A DNA stretch of 64,000 nucleotides from Nymphaea colorata (Eukaryota), in NCBI RefSeq assembly GCF_008831285.2, contig NC_045138.2:26660001-26724000 (forward strand), in the 5' to 3' direction. The notes under the pieces were generated by a model. The model searched no databases and was not told where the DNA came from. It saw only the letters and a list, made by a program, of their open reading frames with translations. How positions within the stretch are numbered: the first letter of the stretch is position 1; each line of letters begins with the position of its first letter. Positions 61,201 to 64,000 of this stretch are shown here, piece by piece. The position numbers and the translations under genes were made by a program.

Positions 61201-63947
61201 TGAGTTATGTTTTGTGCTAATTCTTTAATATTCTTCTACCTGCTTGTTGGCTTTTAGGTAATTTGTAATTTCATGTGAAACAATTGGTTTTTGTGCCATC
61301 ACATTTCTTATCATTCTGTTTTTTTCCTCCATTATTTCAATATTCCATGGAAGCTGATACATAATTATTAAATTTTCAGTGAGTTTATCATTGATCTCAT
61401 GGGAGCGCCAGGGACATTAATTCCAGCAGAAATCCCCAGTAGTCATTCTCAGATATTTCAATCTGACATTATGTGCTCAGATACAATTTCACAAACCATT
61501 AAGGAGTTATGCTTGGCTCTTGATACAGGTGGTTGTCATTCTGGAAGCAAAGATGGAAAACTAAAGCCAAGCTTGGTTGATTCAAATATTCACCCCCCAG
61601 CAACAAATTCAGATTCCTCAGGAGCTGCAAATTATTATCTTGAATATGTAAGCAGAGGTATAGGTGTTGAAACCAGTCAAGCTGAGATGTTTGAACATGA
61701 ATTTGGGAAGCTCCTTCCTTCATTGGACAGTTCTTGTAAAAGCTTAGCCAGGAGAGAGGCAGAAACTCCTGGTCAACAAATGAAAGTTAAAGATGTTTCT
61801 ACGTATGTGATCAGTTCTGCTCAAAATCCGCAATTTGCACAAAAATTGCATGCTGTTCTATTGGAAAACGAGGCATCTCCTCCTTCAGATCTATTCTCTG
61901 ACATACCTCACATACCAGGGAAAGAAATACAGCTTGGTCAACATAGCTCAATGGTAGAAAACTTTGGGGGTTGTGCATCTTCAGACCATGAAATTTTTGC
62001 GGCTTCTGCAAGCATAGATTCAGAAATGCCTGACCATGAAAACGATCAAAATTGTTGCCTCAATAGGATAAACGAGAGAATCTCTAATATAGTTGATTCA
62101 AGAATTGCTGTTCATGCTTCCAATTTGTCTGAAAGGAGGCCTGACAATGGTGCTATCAATGGGGACAGACCCACGGATAAAATTGATGAAACAGGAGGAT
62201 GTGTTATCCTGCAAAATTGTCAAGAAAATATAAAGGGCCAAGATGTAAGCGAAAGAGAGATGGTCAAAAGCAGCAAGCATGACATGGTCAAGTCTTTTGA
62301 TGGAAAAATAAGCCCGGCATTTGCAGACTGGGAAATCCCATGGGAAGATCTTCAAATTGGTGAAAGAATTGGGCTTGGTAAGCAGTTGAAAGTTCATGAC
62401 TGTCTGCAAGTCAAGGCATCCTCTCATTTTGGTTTCTGCATCAGTTGATGATGTTGACTCAATTTTCACCCATTACTTTATGTGCTTGAGATAGCACCTG
62501 CGGGTTCTCTGGTTCTGATTATTATCTCAATAATATTAAGAGCCAAACATAACTCTCTAAGAAAACCTCCAGTTCGGATGGTTTGTGTTTGTGCATGCAT
62601 GCATATACATGGAGCCATACTTGTCGCTGGCTTCTGTTACTTTCATGTTCATGTTAACCTTCCCTTGTGGTACTTGGATTCTACTAATTGATTTGATGGA
62701 TTTAGAAAATTGTGTTGCTTCCTCTTATATGAATATTTGATTGCGTTTATATTTTCAGGTTCTTATGGCGAGGTTTATCATGCAGATTGGAATGGCACTG
62801 TGAGCATCTAACTTTATGTACTATATAGTTTGTCCATACAGTTACATCTTTCATAAAGTTCACTAGTTCTATTCATGTTTTTGAAGTTTCAGTGTTATGT
62901 AACACATCTAGAATCTGGTGAAGGGACTAATATTCCAATTCACGCTGGTTTGTCTCTGATGTGCCCAAGGTCAGGGCTTTCAGTGACCATGGTTGGTGTA
63001 ATAGGCTGGCCATTTTTAGACCCAAATGTAAAACAAAAGAAAAAGAAAAAGAAAGAAGCTGATAGGGATTAGGATGCAACCCTGTTGACAATACTGTGAG
63101 AAACATAATATAGCTGAAAAAATAAGGCATCAATGTGCATTTTGCTCAAAATATGATGCAAAAATCTGATATTAAAGCTGATAAACCTGTACTAAATTAG
63201 TCAATGTGTGAAGGACATGGGAATTGCAATAATTTTCTTCTTCAAATTAGTCTGGTAACTGGATGGTCCGGATGTTTTTCAAGGTGCATTTGTTGTAATA
63301 TGGATACCTTTTCCTCGTCAATTTTTAGAAATCTTCTCCCGACCTTTATTTCCCAGTTTGATTTATTATTTGAGTTTCATATCCTAGATATTACTATATT
63401 ACTACAGAGTATAGTCACAGAAAACACATTAAAAAAAAACGCGAAAAGACGCGATAAATTAACTAGCCGTTTAAAAGTAAAAAAAAAAAAAACGCATTTT
63501 TTTGAAAAAAACATTAAAAACGAAAAAACGTGTTAACCCGTTTTTTCATTTTCTATTTTTTATCTGTTGCAAATCTACTTATCTTTTGATGTTTGTGTTA
63601 TTAGTTTCTCACTTATTTTATTTTCCCCCTATTTTTAGTTTTTTTAAAATTTTAAAAATTTACCGTTTTTTTCTCGTTTTTTTCAAGCTCACCGTATGAT
63701 ACCCGAGAAAAACCTTGCCGTTTAAAACTCCGAAACGTTATTTGTAACTATGCTACAGAGTACAAACTAAATATATATTCTGGTAAAGTATATACAGCAT
63801 CTTTGCTTTATACATGTCATTTCATTACTTGAAAGTTGGATATCTTTCTTTTAATATTTATTTCATAAACTGTTGCAGGAGGTTGCCGTTAAGAAATTCT
63901 TGGACCAAGATCTCTCAGGGGATGCAATTCAGCAATTTAAATGTGAA
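55227..63947 (+). CDS. RAF3: Raf-like B3-group MAPKKK (EDR1/CTR1 family, EDR1 N-terminal domain plus kinase), most like At5g11850 RAF3/M3Kdelta1; 5' part only, continues beyond the window
   Basis: Exons 55227-55649 (MSKMKHLLRKLHIGG...FNLLEEEYQVQLALAISASD...FLSLRYW), 57374-57814 (KYNVVNYDEKVLDGFYDV...GLSRHRSLLFK), 60917-61020 (VLADKINLPCRLVKGSYYTG), 61380-62377 (EFIIDLMGAPGTLIP...WEIPWEDLQIGERIGL), 62759-62799 (GSYGEVYHADWNGT), 63879-63947 (EVAVKKFLDQDLSGDAIQQFKCE). GT-AG sites and frame are consistent. Kinase subdomains I (GxGSYG) and II (VAVKK) are present. Confidence 0.93.
56245..56323 (+). mobile_element. tRNA-derived SINE head in kinase intron 1
   Basis: TGGCATAGCTG...GGTTCAATTCCC, homologous to 48923-49001. 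Confidence 0.65.
58524..58725 (-). mobile_element. LTR-retrotransposon fragment (PBS plus adjacent LTR-like segment)
   Basis: CTCTGATACC (reverse complement of the iMet PBS) at ~58524-58533, followed by a TG...CA segment with a TATA-like core. No second LTR seen. Confidence 0.45.
59297..60620 (+). repeat. ~500-bp diverged tandem duplication in kinase intron 2
   Basis: Copy A starts TGAAGCCTTCTA at 59297 and copy B at 59794. Shared blocks include GTGGAAATAA, ACTAAGCACTA, TAATGATCTTAA.CAATGAAAA, GGTGGCA.AT.TGTTGGATTA and TAGATGATTCTGC. Confidence 0.9.
59972..60348. mobile_element. hAT-type MITE inserted in the second copy of an intronic tandem duplication
   Basis: CATTTGTTACA ... TGTGACAATG with TSD CAATGAAG/CAATGAAA (7/8). 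Absent from the paralogous first copy of the duplication. Confidence 0.82.
63410..63752. mobile_element. hAT-type MITE (CATDGTCAC-terminus family) in kinase intron 5
   Basis: Ends TATAGTCACA...TGTAACTATG with a perfect 8-bp TSD, CTACAGAG (63402-63409 and 63753-63760). The body aligns with the copies at 47554-47921 and (inverted) 5315-5698. Confidence 0.88.
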
Positions 63948-64000
63948 GTAAGACGTCCTGTGAATTATTCTGTATTCATCATCTGATTTTTCTTTGTTTA

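Overview
Angiosperm (plant) nuclear genomic DNA, AT-rich, with GT-AG spliceosomal introns. Four protein-coding loci can be reconstructed, all on the + strand. (1) A complete 10-exon DBP2/p68-type DEAD-box RNA helicase, RH20-like (15622-23869, 512 aa). (2) A 3-exon small single-TM protein resembling Arabidopsis At1g55160 whose conserved C-terminus appears lost through an early stop and frameshift (25488-27984). (3) A complete 9-exon calcineurin B-like Ca2+ sensor, CBL10 (38108-45490, 249 aa). (4) The first six exons of a B3-group Raf-like/EDR1-family MAPKKK most like At5g11850 (RAF3/M3Kdelta1), running off the window end (55227-63947+). The first ~15 kb has no recognisable gene. Intergenic and intronic space holds many non-autonomous DNA transposons (hAT-type with 8-bp TSDs, a Tourist MITE with a TAA TSD), LINE and Copia relics, tRNA-derived SINE remnants, local tandem duplications and microsatellites. 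I found no convincing novel multi-gene system and no CRISPR, rRNA, tRNA or known miRNA. The most interesting leads are post-transcriptional: an AUG-stop minimal uORF before CBL10, unproductive alternative splice acceptors in CBL10 and the Raf kinase, and the apparently C-terminally truncated small gene. All homology calls are from memory of protein families, not database searches.
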